A stretch of 64,000 nt of DNA, taken from assembly GCA_050084515.1 (NCBI GenBank), contig CM114271.1:1488001-1552000 (forward strand). Direction: 5' to 3'. A program made the position numbers and the translations under genes. The notes beneath the pieces were generated by a model. That model was not told where the DNA came from and made no database searches. It was given only the letters and a program-made list of their open reading frames with translations. This document shows positions 1 to 13,845 of the stretch, in pieces (position 1 is the first letter of the stretch; each line of letters begins with the position of its first letter). Source of the DNA: Blasia pusilla. Lineage: Eukaryota.

Positions 1-2729
1 CCCACCTCAAGTATAATGGAGACATAAATATGGAAGGAGAAGTAGTAGATACCAAGAGAGCTCATCCATAAAGTCAAGTGTAATCCTAGATAGGGGGAGA
101 AGAAAAACATGGTGCGAGGTCATTGCGGACGGAAAATGGGATCTTATTGAATAATCTTGGGTAGAAAAAAGTTATCTCAAAGAGACCTCTGATGCCTCCA
201 ATGTGAGACCTCAACAACATTAATGACTTAAGAGGGGATGATGTTGCAAAAAGCACCAAAGAGCATCCATGGTTGACTTGAGGGATCACCCATCCACATA
301 TATCAAAGTTAGGATGTTTTGCCGCCAATTAGTTCTAGACTATGGAACGTGTGAAGAAGCCAGAACAAGAAGGGCCTCAGAGAGACATGACTTGCTCCAT
401 CATACCCATAGAGAGATAACCCACACAAAAATCTCACACATCTTCCCCTTCCAACAAGCAATCATGGCGGTCAAATCTCTTCATTTCCTCACTAATGATC
501 CACTCTAACTTTGCTAACTACAAAAGTCTCAACTTAGAAACTCTCAAACTCAAACCCTTGTCTCAAATACCTGGATATGGAGGCATGTTGGAAAATAGGG
601 ATGTGGGAGTCTATAGGGAAACAAAGACCTAGGTGGTCAATAACAAAAGTATACTTTAGAGAGAAAGGGTGCTAAACAATGTTTTGGGATACTTGTATGA
701 AGTCAAAACGAGTGGAAATTTTAAGGGGAAAAAATATGGCACACCATATATTCATGTAGCGAGCAAGGAGCAAGAGTAATTTGAAGTAGAAGGAAGAAGA
801 GGAAAGTTGCATAAAAATCATTGTAATGATATATGAAACCCTAATATTACTTATAGTCAAATAACATGCAATAAAAAAGAAATTAAGTCATCATAGGGAT
901 TGATGCACGTAAAAAAATGAAGACCATCCAAGATGATTGTTTTGATATCCCACACTCTCCATAAGTTACCATGTTGCATGTATATTCCTCATAACTTCGT
1001 TCTCTCGTCTTAAATCCTCATGCTCCATGCCGCCTCCGCTCCTCTCCATCCTTTGTCTCTCCATCTCTGATTAATGGAAAGTAAGGTACAAGCAATAATA
1101 GAGTCCACATTTCACCATGGAATGGGCATCTGAGTGTGCCAACAAGAAATTACATTTGGACAACGAGTAATCTATCTTTTTCCAAGTGTTACAAAATGAC
1201 AAGATGCTTCTATAGTAACTTCCAAAATTTCAAGATTCTTATATAATAGCTTGATCCCACCCACTCATGCTAACTTGGGATGAGATAATGAGAAGAATCC
1301 ATGCCTCTTGGTCATGTTTTGGGATTACAATTTGCAGAAGATCGATGAATGCTTCTTGCTCCCAAAAATTACATGTGCTTTGGATCTTGTTGCCATGGGT
1401 GTGGACTATGAAGTATGTTCTAATAAGTTTGGGTGGTTGTAACATGATCTTATCAACGGATGAAAAAACTTATAGATCCCATAGGTCTTACCATGCATTA
1501 ATTTTTTCTTTAGACTTTTGATGATTGGTGGTGATTTGGTTCAATAGAGGAGATACCATGAAGGATCCATGACCTTTCATATCTATCCCTCTTATGGTTG
1601 GCTTTCTCCTTGCATTGGAGGGTTTTAACATGGAAGAATTATAATAGATGACATTGCATGCATGCTTATATATAATATATAACTTTGAGAAAACAAGATA
1701 TCAAGCACAGATTTTTCTTGCATATCCTACCACTTTCAATTATCCTTTGGATTGAAGTTAGTTGTCAACTATTTCTAAAGATAGTCCACAATGTAGGGAG
1801 CATAAAGCCATATATTGGCACTATTAGATCACTTTTCATCACCTCTTTGTTGTGTGGGTTTTGGACATGCAAGAGCCATAGTGTTGGGAAGAATGAGTAG
1901 CTTCGAGAAGATAGTAGGTGGAGTAGGACATCATCGTCTCGAATGCTATGCATTATACATTGACAATTTACAATCAATGCAAGCCCTGAGTGTAGAAGGA
2001 AAAGGAGAAAGCCACTAACTTTAAAAAAATTGAGAGAGATAGTATATAGAATATATGTAGATGGCATGGTATTATTTGTGTAAGTGTCTCCCCCTTATTG
2101 ACTTGTCAACATTTGGATCATAAATTCTATTTTGATTTATAATTATTGTAGAGTATATGAAGTCTATGTTCTTTATTATAGGATGGATTGGATACGCCTA
2201 TAATGGATTCCTCTCATTGAAATAGAAGGAATGATAAGCCTCGTGCTTAGATATCATCCACACTAATGATAGTGATTCCGAGGGAATGCCTAAACATTGC
2301 TTAAATCCAAATCAAAAGAACCATTTGCCTCAAATAGTAAAGAATCTTGATGTCATCCTTCTCATGCACCATGCAAAAAGTGTATTGAATAAAAGGATTT
2401 TCATGTACATATTTGATAAATTAATATCCAGAGAATGGCACATTAGTTTTGTTTCTTATGAGAAAAATATATCTTCTTAGGCGATGCTATAGAATCTTGT
2501 AGATTCCAATGCTTATAGATATTAAAATTCTTCCACTAAATAATCTTGCACAAATAGAGAAAAGATCTTCGAGGAAATAAAATCACATACATGTTAGTAT
2601 GCCTACTGAGCCAAAAATAAATTCTAAGAATGGATGGAAAGGAGCGTTATCATCCATGAATATGAATAGAGGTAATCATGTCTTTAAAGTTTGGTAGTAC
2701 ATAAAGGAGATTGCTCCAATGAGCACCGA

Positions 2730-3005
2730 GTCGTGCGCATACACATCGCTACACAACATACATCGTTGTCACTGAATGCACATACATACACACACCATCC
2801 TATGCTAACTCATGGAATCCACACAACGAGACGAGAAGTACCAAAATATCTCATATCGCCCCCGATAAGACGAGATCTAGTAGAGCGCCTTCGGAGATAC
2901 TGGAGGACAACCTCAAGAGGTCGAGGATGACATGTTGAGGTTGTCCACCATTATCTCCGAAGACGCTCTACTAGATCTCGCCAATCTATCTTGACAGACG
3001 TGACA
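2730..3005. mobile_element. Solo-LTR-like repeat (family A), internally rearranged
   Basis: Starts GTCGTGCGCATACACATCGCTACACAACATACATCG and ends ACGTGACA. Both ends are homologous to 59424-60087, and the first ~35 bp also match 43461 and (inverted) ~54362-54396. Confidence 0.55.
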
Positions 3006-3598
3006 AGCGGTAACAATGAAGAAGATTTCATTTTATAATCATCTTCGTGAAGGACGTCGCTTCATCCCAAAAGCTATTAAGATGTATTGGGCTATGGGGG
3101 AGAGGTTTGACATTTTTTCTCACTAAGTATGTCCATTTTCTCCACTCAAGAAATGGGTTGCCTTTAGTTGTTGGGCTCTTGTATTATGGGCATCATATCT
3201 CCATTGCTCTACCACATGCCCAAGCCAATGAACTTCTCCAACAAACTCATGCAATAAGAGAATCCACTACTAAAACCCCTCTTGCTAGTAGTCATGTTTT
3301 TTCAATTGTTTTTCAAATTATTTTTAGAGAGGTTAATTTTGGAAGAGAGATTAAATTTTAAGGATTTCCCTCTCTTAAACCTCATTCAAGGGTGACCTAG
3401 CTGCACCCCACATCATTGAGCCCCCCACTCCTTGTTTAACAGGTTTCTATCTCTTTTATTCCCGTCATTCACGTTAGAGAAACTAGTGTTAATTCTCTTT
3501 GTGAAACATGGGAATAATGGCTATCCAGAAACTATTTTGTGGAAGTTTTATGTGAAATGTGACATTGTGCACAAAAACTAGTAATCATACTAACGAAA

Positions 3599-3653
3599 AT
3601 TTTCTGCCCATGTTACGATGACATTTTCTGCCCATGTTATGAAGACATTTTCT
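3599..3653. repeat. 24-bp tandem repeat, about 2.3 copies
   Basis: ATTTTCTGCCCATGTTAYGAWGAC repeated head to tail. Confidence 0.8.
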
Positions 3654-4931
3654 TGTTGCCCCATTACCATATGGAAGACCAATAAGGCTCCCGTGTAACA
3701 AAGGAATACTATTGACTCTTACGATGGCATGGGACAAGGTGGTGCATACCATGAGACTAATCTATGATGTTCGAACACAATATCCTAGCCCAAAACAAGG
3801 ATACTCAATACCACTAGATCATGGGGACTCACCCATTCTTTGAGGCAATGGGGCCATAATGTGCACCAGGGCCCATTGTAAAAATACACGTGTCACCTAT
3901 TATAACATACTTTAATAGCATGAAGCATGACGAGATATATCATTTTCTTCTTTTTCTTTTGTTTTCTTTTTTTAGGGGGGAAGGAGCAGATTATATACCT
4001 TCTAAGAGATAAAATTTTCCTTTTATTTAGTTCTAGCATATTCATCGTTAGTCTTGAAGGGGGAAGGGGAAGGCTTCAGCACGATTTTCAGGCAGGGCAG
4101 CATACAACTTTACATTTGCTTTTCAATTGTAGCCATACATGAAGGAAACATGTTACCAGCATATGTACTGTTTGCTCCCTATCCCATTGGTTGCGTAGTT
4201 TTTCACATGTGTCACTTGATGAGCATGAAATGATTCACCTAGGCAGCACCTGAATAGTGCATACATAGCGAGCACTGCAGCATTGTGATCATACTGAAAC
4301 AGTAAGCCTTCCTCAAATCTGTCGTGTATTCCAAAACAATTTTGTGATACAAATCAGAGAGAGCATTGTAGAGAAACGCTCGACTAAGTCACATACCTTG
4401 ATGAGATAGTCTGTGGAGCTAGAGCTAGAAAGAAATTCAAGGGGGGCGTATAACACTACATCCCTTGACAAGTTCATTATCAAAAGACCCTTAAACTGGT
4501 CTTTTGAGAAAGTGCATTATGCCCAGAGTTGAGGGACTATTGCAATGGCGTGGAAACCACTGTTCTCGGGAAAACAGTCACAGAGCCAACTAAAATCCAC
4601 AACACATGTCGGAGAACTTGGGCATATATCTACCTTCCATAGACTAATAGGCTGGACATGTACATACAGTTTCTTTCCATGTACTCTCCTGGGACCCTGG
4701 CACTGATATTGATTTTGTGCAATGAAGTACCTCTCAAACTGAGAGAGGCAACCTCTCTGGCAATATAACTTACACTAGGCCTCAATATACTGCAATCTAC
4801 AGTAAGTGATTTCTGTCTCCACTATGAACTATGCTAGATCTCATAGAATATACCTTGGGCTCAGGCTACTCCATATGGAGCACTTATCAGATTCATGATG
4901 ACTTTTAAGGTACAGATTGAAGTCTGGAACA

Positions 4932-7900
4932 CTAAACAGGTGACCTGGGGACATTCATCAACAACCAAAAGCCAGCACAAAGTTCTGAGTCGAGAGACTG
5001 CTGCACAGCTATAAAGTGAAGGCCCCTCACGTTATCCTTTGCAGCCTGCCAAGCCATAGCCTCCTCATCAGTCTGCGGGCTTTTCCGCCAGAATGCATAC
5101 CGCCAGCGGTCTGAGACTCCACTGGACAGAATTAAGCAAGACCGAGCAGTGTCCACATCTATTGAGGCAATCTCCAAAGCATTGGTCCAAGCTGTACACA
5201 GCATGCAAGCCAGGGTAAGATATTTGGGCAAAGTGAAGCAAAGCACTTACTCTTCACAATAAATATACACCCTTTTCATGTTAACAATGTTACCCATGAT
5301 GAGAAAAAGGAATAAGTTGTATTAACCACGTCCACCACCACTAGACTCTTTACTTATTGAGACTGGCATTCCATACCAAGAAAACTTCCTAGCGCCTCAC
5401 CACAGATGAATTGATCATTTCAACAACTTCTGAAAAGTCACAGCATACAAAGTCGTGCCCATTCATCTATAGATGAAAGATTTATGGGTAGATCAGTTAA
5501 GTCAGGAGTTGCACCAGATCAAAAACAATAGGGACTAGTCTGCATGCCCATGCTAAAAAAACATACATTTATCTTCTCCCTTCAATTGTGGAAACAAATT
5601 GGTGTCCTTTCCCCACTCTCGCTTCATAAGGGCCTCCTCATTTCAAAACCTCATACTGCACCACCCCCTCATTTGGAAAACCTTAAATCCCACCTCATGT
5701 TGAAAATAAAAAATCCCTCCCTCCTCTATTGAAAGGAAAATTTCACCCTCCTTTCTTATGTAGAAAAAGAAAAACCATGCCTCCTCCAAGTATTTCTATT
5801 TTTTAAATCTCATCTTGCCCATCCTAACATGTGTAATTAATTTCAATTTCTCGTAATTATTCTGTCTTGTAGTTACTTGTGCACGTTTCAATAATAATAC
5901 ACATGGCTCGACAAGAGGCTAACCAGAGGAAACAATTCAAACTGCCCCATACCTCCAACACTAGCCTCAGACACCCCACACAAAACTTAAATCACTGCTA
6001 ATGTGTAATTACTCCAAGGACAGTAAATTCAAGAGCCTACAAGAGCAGACAATCCCCTCAGCAGGAACTCCGCACCTCATGGGAGAAGTGTTAGATATCG
6101 GCATGGAGCTGATTACCAGCGACCCACCTCTATTGACATCAAGGAAGCCACCACCACGAAGTCAAATAGGACAGATAGGTCATTTTGGTGCTTTACTGCA
6201 TGTGTTAGATGTGTCCGTGAACAGGTGTGACTTGTTTGTGAATCAGCAATTGTGGATGTGCATCGCATTTGGGTTTAGGTAGGTCATGCTTCGTTTCACA
6301 GATGCACGTCCACAATTTCTGATTCACTAACAAGTCACACCTGTTCACGGACACATCTAACACATGCAGTAAAGCACCAAAATGACGTATCTGTCCTATT
6401 TGGTTTAGGTAGGACATGCTTCGTTTCACAAAAGGCTCATGTTCAGTAGAAACTCACTTTGACAAGGCCAAATCAAGTAAATTACTGCAAGGTGCACTCA
6501 GGCAATCACTACCTGCAAGAGGTGTTGCCCTTGATGATGCAACAGCTACCCCAGGAATCATGGCATCAGGAGGGATGTCAATGCCCAGCGTCTCCAGATC
6601 CAGGATGCTTCCAAAAGTCTCACCCCTCTCCACGGCTGCAATCTCCTCAAGCACACCTGCACATCATACTGAACCCCTGAGATGATGGAAATCAAATATT
6701 ACATAACCTGAGGCCAATCATAAGAAATTCTTTCTGCATTGACTACACATTTGTCGCAGTGTCTGCACACAACAGTCAACTTCACCACACCCACATACAA
6801 GAGCACGACCATTACACTTCCAGTAGTAGGATCCTGTTACCTCTGACCTACCCAGATCCGGTTGCACAAACCTTGATCGGAACAGCATGACATTAGTGAA
6901 TCCATTGTTTCTGAATTGTACATGTTTGGGATTTCTTGACAGAGAGCACTTGTGCTCTCAATTTTGTACTGGATATTTCACAAACAAGCCTCAGTGACTA
7001 CCTAGACTGACTAACTATCCCAGTTCATACATTCCAAAAACCTCGATACCCAAACCTCAAACAATTCTACAAAATGGAACTACCTGCGAGCTAACAAGAG
7101 GTATGAAGTTCACAGAAGTACATCAACAGGGAGGAACGAGCATGGCTGTGCGCTAAGAACACTCCTCCTTGACAACACCTCAAAAATTGCATGGCAACTC
7201 CCTCTCCCGGATACCCATGATAAAGTACTTGAAACCAGTTCTAGAATCTGAGTATTGATGTGCAGCGAAATAGACTCACCTGAGAAAGGTAATTGAACGA
7301 AGGCCCACTGTTCCCCGCGTAATGTGTCAGGTACATCTACCGGAAGAGGCTGCTCCAGTAAAAGCAGGGGACCCGCACCATCCTGAAAACCCGGATGTTG
7401 TTGATACACGGTCTCGAAGCGCTCTTCGAGCCATCGCACTAGTTGTAGACACTGCATCAAAATCAGGGCACAAAGAGAGAAAATTACACACGACTGAGTT
7501 ACTGATGGTCTAGGGTTTTGCTCATAAACCCTTGACAAAGTAGAGAGCCAGGGAAGAGATGTGCGTGCTCACGAAAGTGTGCTACCTTGGACTGGGTTCG
7601 AAAGTAGGGAGAGAGCATACCCTCTGACTCGGCACAGGCTGAATATCCAGCTCTGTACAGGCCTTGGAGATAATTGTCTGCATTTGAGACCTGCCGCAAC
7701 ACCTCACAACTGATCAATCACCACTAGAAGAAAACGACCCCTTGATGCGTGTTTGAAAGACGTTTCAACATAATGACAAAATTCTACTCGCCCTTCCCGA
7801 ATTTGGTGCATCCACGTGAAAAGTACGGAAAACGAAGTTGATCTGCATGTAAGACAATTCCTCGAGAAACGAGGGGGGCCACTTCACCGGGCCGAATCAT

Positions 7901-8572
7901 CTGACCTGCGAAGAGATTCATTCCGACCAAAACGAGCACAATCTCCTGAATAGAACGGCTGCTGATACGGCGAGATGTGATCGCATACCTGAAAAATCGA
8001 ATTTTCTGTGGTTTCGGAACTCCGAGAGTCTCAATAATGTACACCAATGCATCCCGAAGAGTCCCGCTATTGATGACGTTGTTTGGATAATATCGAGAAA
8101 ATCGGAGCTGTCGCTGGCTGTCACAGACCACAAGCTCCCAAATCTTTTTCCCTCGGGTATCCAGTATCGGTCGAGAGCAGAAATCCAACTCCCATTCAGT
8201 GATAGACGACACGTCCGCATCCTCCGCTACACTCTCTTCTTGCCCATCTCCAAGCTCCGCGCTCCGCTCCACAAGACTGCTCTTCGGCAGCACCTGCAGC
8301 TGCGCATTCCTCAGCCTCTCCCGATTCCTCCCCTCTGCTCCCTTAGGCCACCGATTCCGTCCACAATGTTGACTCAAATCGCCAAAGCTTCGCGGAGAAA
8401 CCAAACTCCTGAGAGTCCCAAAACTCGAGCTCAGCCTGTATGCAAGCCCCAGAGGCGCTGCGCATGGCAAGCGTAGGTACGAAGGTGACGGTGTCGAGGA
8501 CGACGGAGACGCCGAACAGCAGCAAGGGCAACAGGCCCGCGCTTGCAAGCCTGCTCCCATTCCAACCACCAT
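4932..8572 (-). CDS. ATAB2: Tab2/ATAB2-family chloroplast RNA-binding protein (photosystem I/II biogenesis), 5 exons
   Basis: Exons inferred with GT-AG boundaries and consistent phase: 7989-8572, 7621-7690, 7280-7451, 6513-6656, 4932-5191. The spliced product has an S/R-rich transit-peptide-like N-terminus, then WELDFCSRPILDTRGKKIWELVVCD, KIRFFRSQMQTIISKAC, WLEERFETVY, GEQWAFVQLP, GVAVASSRATPLAAWTNALE and GLHFIAVQ...GFWLL, all typical of Tab2. Start chosen at MVVGMG (8572); the ATG at 8560 is an alternative. Confidence 0.93.
6163..6430. repeat. Long inverted repeat (~100-bp arms) in ATAB2 intron 4, with the spacer duplicated downstream
   Basis: 6163-6264 is the near-perfect reverse complement of 6301-6402. 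The spacer TTTGGGTTTAGGTAGGTCATGCTTCGTTTCACA (6268-6300) recurs at about 6399-6430. Confidence 0.92.
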
Positions 8573-8604
8573 CCCCTCAATCTCTCTCCTTTTTTTCTCT
8601 CCCA

Positions 8605-8629
8605 CTCTCTCTCTCTCTCTCTCTCTCTC
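8605..8629. repeat. (CT)n/(GA)n microsatellite in the probable ATAB2 5' UTR
   Basis: Uninterrupted CT dinucleotide run just upstream of the ATAB2 start codon. Confidence 0.85.
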
Positions 8630-9603
8630 GTCGTCCTCACAATCTTCAGGGACACTCCTCACTTCTGCGCAATCAAATCCTCTTCCTCCTTCCTCTCCAA
8701 CGCAATCCCCGTCTCCAAAGCTTTCACTGCATCGCTCAATCACTTCCGTTCTTCGCAGAGCACTCACTGCTGTACAGTATCCTTCACCAGAGGAGGAAGA
8801 AGATAGAATCACAGGCCGGGTGACGAGATCCAGGCCCGGCTCAACGCGGACCCAAAACTCGCAGCCAGCTCGGCCCGGTCTGATCTAGGAGCCTGTGATT
8901 GGTGCGATGAGGTAGAGCCGAGAAAGCGAGGCAACCGCTCCCGTTCGGGTTTTTATTTATATCCGCGTAAAATAAGAAATTTTTTTAATTAACTGAATTA
9001 TTTACTAGTAAGATGCCCGGAAAAAAAAATTTGTTTGAAGAGCTAGTGAGAAATTTGAGTGTTAGTGTATAGTCCGTGAAGGGATAGGACTAATGATGTC
9101 GTACACAAATTCAAAAAAAAATTTGGTTGTCCATAGCATGTGAAATATTTTCTTGTTGTCCAATTGCCACGTGTGAAACGAGAGGAGTTTGCAAATCAAG
9201 AATCCACTCTCCTATAATAATATAGACTAGTTATCATAGGATTGATTTTCATGGTGATACCGGAGAGATCACTACGTGTCCTTTGAACCCAGTATGTATG
9301 ACGCATGACATGGGCATTCGGCTAGCCTAACGGGCCGTTTAGGCTTTCGAGATCGTGGAGTGGAGTGGACCGTACATCATACGGTTCCCTCACGGGTCCT
9401 AACCAGTGTACATAATTCAAAGAGGATGGTGTTAAAAAACCTTCTCAAATGATAATTTTCCTTTCAATTCTTTTCGGGTGTTGACACGTGGAATATTTAA
9501 GAGAATAGTTAAGTAAGCGGGCTCAGGACTTAATGGATGTCTTTCCCCTCACCATAGAAAAAGTGGAGTGGAGCGGACTCTTAAATAGAGGGATTCATAG
9601 ATC

Positions 9604-9731
9604 TGAGAGGGAGTGGCATCTTAAACTCATAAATCCCAAAATTGGCAAAATGCAGCCTCAACATACACACATGTTGAGGCTCCATTTTGCCAATTTTGGG
9701 ATTTATGAGTTTAAGATGCCACTCCCTCTCA
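9604..9731. repeat. Near-perfect 128-bp fold-back (MITE-like or small-RNA hairpin)
   Basis: TGAGAGGGAGTGGCATC...CTCAACAT, loop ACACAC, then ATGTTGAG...GATGCCACTCCCTCTCA; ~61-bp arms with one visible mismatch. Confidence 0.9.
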
Positions 9732-9978
9732 TGTGTGTATGTCATTCAAACCAATTTGGACCCTAAATAGACCTTAGTCATTTTTTTCTTTATTGAGTAT
9801 TTTTCTTTTGCTTAATATTATAGTGTCATGCGAATACGCATCGTTGCCAACATACTCTACACATGAACGACTGGACCACCCCAATATAAAGTTGAATACG
9901 CACTGTAAGCTCTGATGAAATCTACAGTCAATTGTGCTTCATCCAAACAGCCATTCTCATGATTTTGATACACATTGG

Positions 9979-10516
9979 TGTAACAACAAGAGAAAGTATA
10001 CACAAGGATTCCCAAAATGTGTGATCTCCTTATTGATCACTCCTAGCCCATTGTTCAATAGAGAATCCAAGCTCAATACATGCAAGTTGTGTTGTATCAC
10101 GGATCCCAACAAGGGTCTGCAATCCTAAGGAGATAAGCTCCAAATGAGGCTCATCCAAGGTATACCCCCCTGGGCACCTCCATGGGTGATGTGTACACAC
10201 AGCTCACCTCCCTCCTAGCAGGTCACTACCCACCTGTAGTACACCCATACTAGTTCCCTAACAACTACACATGTGGTCCCCTCATGAGACCAACTACCAA
10301 CTAACCCACGACCCTATAAGTCTTAGTGGAGCCATACATGGCTGGGAAGGTCAACCTCTCCAAGGTTGTCACTCCTCATAAAGGGAAGGGAAGGGTGACC
10401 TACACTCGTAGGTCACTTCTTAAGAGCAGATCACACATGACCTCTCAAAATAGGGAAGTACAAGACCCCTCTAAGGCCTCGATATTATCTTGCCCTACGC
10501 CTCATCTACCATGACA
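9979..10516. mobile_element. Possible solo LTR
   Basis: TGTAAC...ATGACA termini around a ~540-bp block that is less AT-rich than its flanks. The flanks ATTGG/ATAGA match only partly as a TSD. Confidence 0.3.
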
Positions 10517-11244
10517 ATAGATTACCAAATCACAATATTTTATAAAAAAAAAAAAGTTTTTCTCAAATTTATTTTATTGGGAAGTAAAAATTTCAATTTT
10601 CAAAAAGTAGAATATCTCAAAGAAAACCAATTCAAGTGTTTAATTTCCAATATGATAGGGAGGTAAGGAATTAATTTCTTAAGAGGAATGGAGATGAGAT
10701 AATGTAGTAGGAGGCTGTTGAAAATGAGATATGAACTGACCTTCCTCCAACCCTCTTCGGAAAATCCTTAAGAAAGTGAAGGGATAGATCGTCTTCATCC
10801 TTCTTTGAAGGGATGAAGATTAGAGAGGGAGAAAATCTCTCTCTATCCAAGTATCTCCACTCCAACCTTCTATGGAGAGATTGAGATAGATAATAATGGA
10901 AGGGAGAAAGGGAGCGTCAAAGATGAGGGATCAAGAGTGGATATAGACTCAGTTGGAGGAAGTCTAATGGAGACAAATGGGCTCTCTCCACAAAGGACTA
11001 GAGAGAATTCCTCCCACCTAATGCATCAAACGTGCACAATAGTACTAATCTTCTATACTCTTAGAAGAGGGACCTTCTTTTTATTTGTTCATAGTTTTCT
11101 TAATGTAAAATGTGTCACTAAGCACAAGACTTCTTTTTAGAAAATTGTCTCAAGCAATATTAACTTTGAGAAATTTTTTACCTTTATGTCGCCACATAGA
11201 AATATTTTTCAATTATTATTAAAAAATGAATCATTAATCATTAT

Positions 11245-11600
11245 TAATGTTGGCATATCTAGGTGTTAAATTTTTATGTTATTCACATGTTTAAGGGTTT
11301 CACATAAGTTGGATTCTTGATAAGTAGGATGGTCGAAGTACCACACACAAGATTCTAATTATGCTTCCGTTGTTATGTTGAGGAAAAAAATTATGTTAAT
11401 TTCATCTTTGGATGAACATTTATGCCAAACAAAATTTATCTTCATCCTTTATTTTTATTATTTGGACTTTAATATCCTCTTTAAGTCAATGTATATGTTT
11501 ATTAGAGGCCACACATGGGAATGGAAGCTACCCCATATGGGGACATTTTATGTAGTCCTATTAGTATTGGATACTATCATGACTTTATACACTTTCACAA
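11245..11600. repeat. Dispersed direct repeat, copy 1 (copy 2 at ~13500-13845)
   Basis: Shared collinear blocks: ATTCACATGT.TAAGG, TTTAAGTCAAT, TATTAGAGGCCACA.ATGGG.ATGGAAG, TATTGGATACTA.CATGACTTT. Confidence 0.7.
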
Positions 11601-13499
11601 TGGTTCACATGTTTTTGTGAAATCTACAAAAAATTACATCCAATTTTGTAAAAATATTTATTTTTCACTATTTTCATATCATTTATTTTCCACTTGAAGA
11701 TTTCTTCCATTTTTAGGTTATTTTCAACATCATAAGACATATTGTTAGTTAGCTTGCTTGTGCTACGCACGGAAACTAAAATTACTAAACACTCCACTCC
11801 TCCCAAAATTAAACCCCATTCCCCCAAGCATAAGATCCTAACCCTCTCATGGAGTAAATCTCCTCTCCTCCTAAAAGTGTTGCTATCAATATCATCTAGC
11901 TTAAGTTCATAAAGAACCTAATCATGAACAAAATATAAAAATGTTACTAATTTGTTTTATTATATTTCTATTTTATGCTACTAGTTAGCATGCGCATGCT
12001 ATGGATCACTTTTGTAGAAGTAGTTAAAAAAAAACTCTTCCTCTTGCCTTCCCAAAAACATTTCCTTCCTTCCCAATTTACATATCCACTTTTTCTTTCT
12101 TAAACGAGTACTAAAATCCCACTTCTCCCTTAAATATCTCCACTCCTGAATCAATATTGAAGTAACCCCCATAACTTTTACTCCCTTCCTAAAATACAAC
12201 GTCCAATTTTCTTTCTTAAAGGAGTGGTATCATCCCCCCTCATCCCTTAAAATAACCCCCACATTTCATTAATTGAACCACATCGTCTCTTCCGAGATTC
12301 AAATTCATTCTCCCTCCCCAAAAATGTCAAACCTGAATTGCTAAAGGGCCTTAAGGGACAAGATTATACACTTATTACAATTTTTTCATATTGAATTACT
12401 AATTTTGTCTTATTATGCATGTAGTGTTAACAATAATAGTATAGATTATGTTTATATATAAAGTTATATATATTTATATAGATAATCATCTCATCAAGAA
12501 GGAACCAAATAAAATCCATATCTTTGTGTTTTGGCGCATATCAAAATACTATACCAAACTAAAGAGAGACAATACGTATCACCAAAACATCATCTAGAAT
12601 TGAGAAAATTAGCTCAAAAATCTTGAAGGGAGTGGATTGTGAGCCAAGAAAAAAATCCTAGTTATGTATATGTTTTTTGGGTTTATATTTGTATTTTATA
12701 GGGCTTTGATATTATTGAAAGCCCTATAAAATGCTTTTAATAGGTCATCATCTTGTTTGAATTTTAGGTAGAAAGATGACATGTGTTACCCTTTAATGCA
12801 CATGACAACGCTTGGAAATCTGAGGAGAGGCTCTTCTTTCTACAATCGAGCCTCTGAAGCGGATGCTAAGGTGTAACTCTATTGATTTTGTGCATGATTC
12901 GGATTTTCTCAATTAGAGGATGGCTCTTACGCGATTATTATTCGATAATTTATAGAGCGGTGTTTCTTAAGTGACTTTATTATGTGCCTTGTTTTGGTGT
13001 CATGATGTACATACATGTGTTATGCGTTAATCTTGAATATTAATTTATCTTTGTATGCATGGCAATGATGTATCTTATATAATGATATGTGTGTAGGCGG
13101 TTTGTCAATAATTGACATACCGCCTACTTCTCTGTTAAATACATCTTTTCAATAATTATTAGAAGTATAAATTATTCATCCATACTATTATGGACAACAC
13201 CACATGCATAATAAGACAAAATAGCAACATTGTATTATTTTGGTGGAAATTTATTTGGGAGGGAATACTATGTCCATGGTCACATGTTTTTAGCATGTTT
13301 TTAGAGAGGGGATAGTATAGGTGTTAATAGTGACAGTTTTATTTACTGGTGGGAGTAGTGGGTAATTAACAAGGAGTGGGAATAGTGGAGAATTTATATG
13401 TAGGAAGAGTGAAGTGTGGAATTTATACACAATGAGGAGTGGGTGTCTTAAAAGAGACTTGGTCACCTCTGCATCGTACAAGCAACATACTAGTCACTA

Positions 13500-13845
13500 T
13501 TGAAGTTGGCATGTCTATGTGTTGAATTTTGATGTCATTCACATGTCTAAGGTTTTTACACATGTTGCATTCTTAATGAATGGGATGATTTGAGTATTAT
13601 ATATGAAATTCTTTAAAAATTTGTTGTTATCTTAGGGAAAAAAATTGATCATGTTTTCATCTTAAGTATGGTATTTTTTTAATTCCCTTTATCCTTTATT
13701 TAAAAGAAATTTCGAACTTAATTTCCCTTTTAAGTCAATAGATATATTATTAGAGGCCACATATGGGCATGGAAGTTGATTGCACAAGGGCTTGTTTGTA
13801 CAACCCTATCAATATTGGATACTAGCATGACTTTGCACACATGGA
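13500..13845. repeat. Dispersed direct repeat, copy 2
   Basis: Collinear similarity to 11245-11600. Confidence 0.7.

Noticed and set aside
1-2700. Possible retrotransposon remnants
   Set aside because: Only faint integrase-like residues near 1850-2050; too degraded to call.
6001-6429. Opposing ORFs with near-identical peptides (GHFGALLHVLDVSVNRCDL)
   Set aside because: Artefact of the intronic inverted repeat.
8573-8812. N-terminal extension of the 342-aa ORF
   Set aside because: Non-ATG start and read-through of a (GA)n microsatellite (ERERER); more likely 5' UTR.
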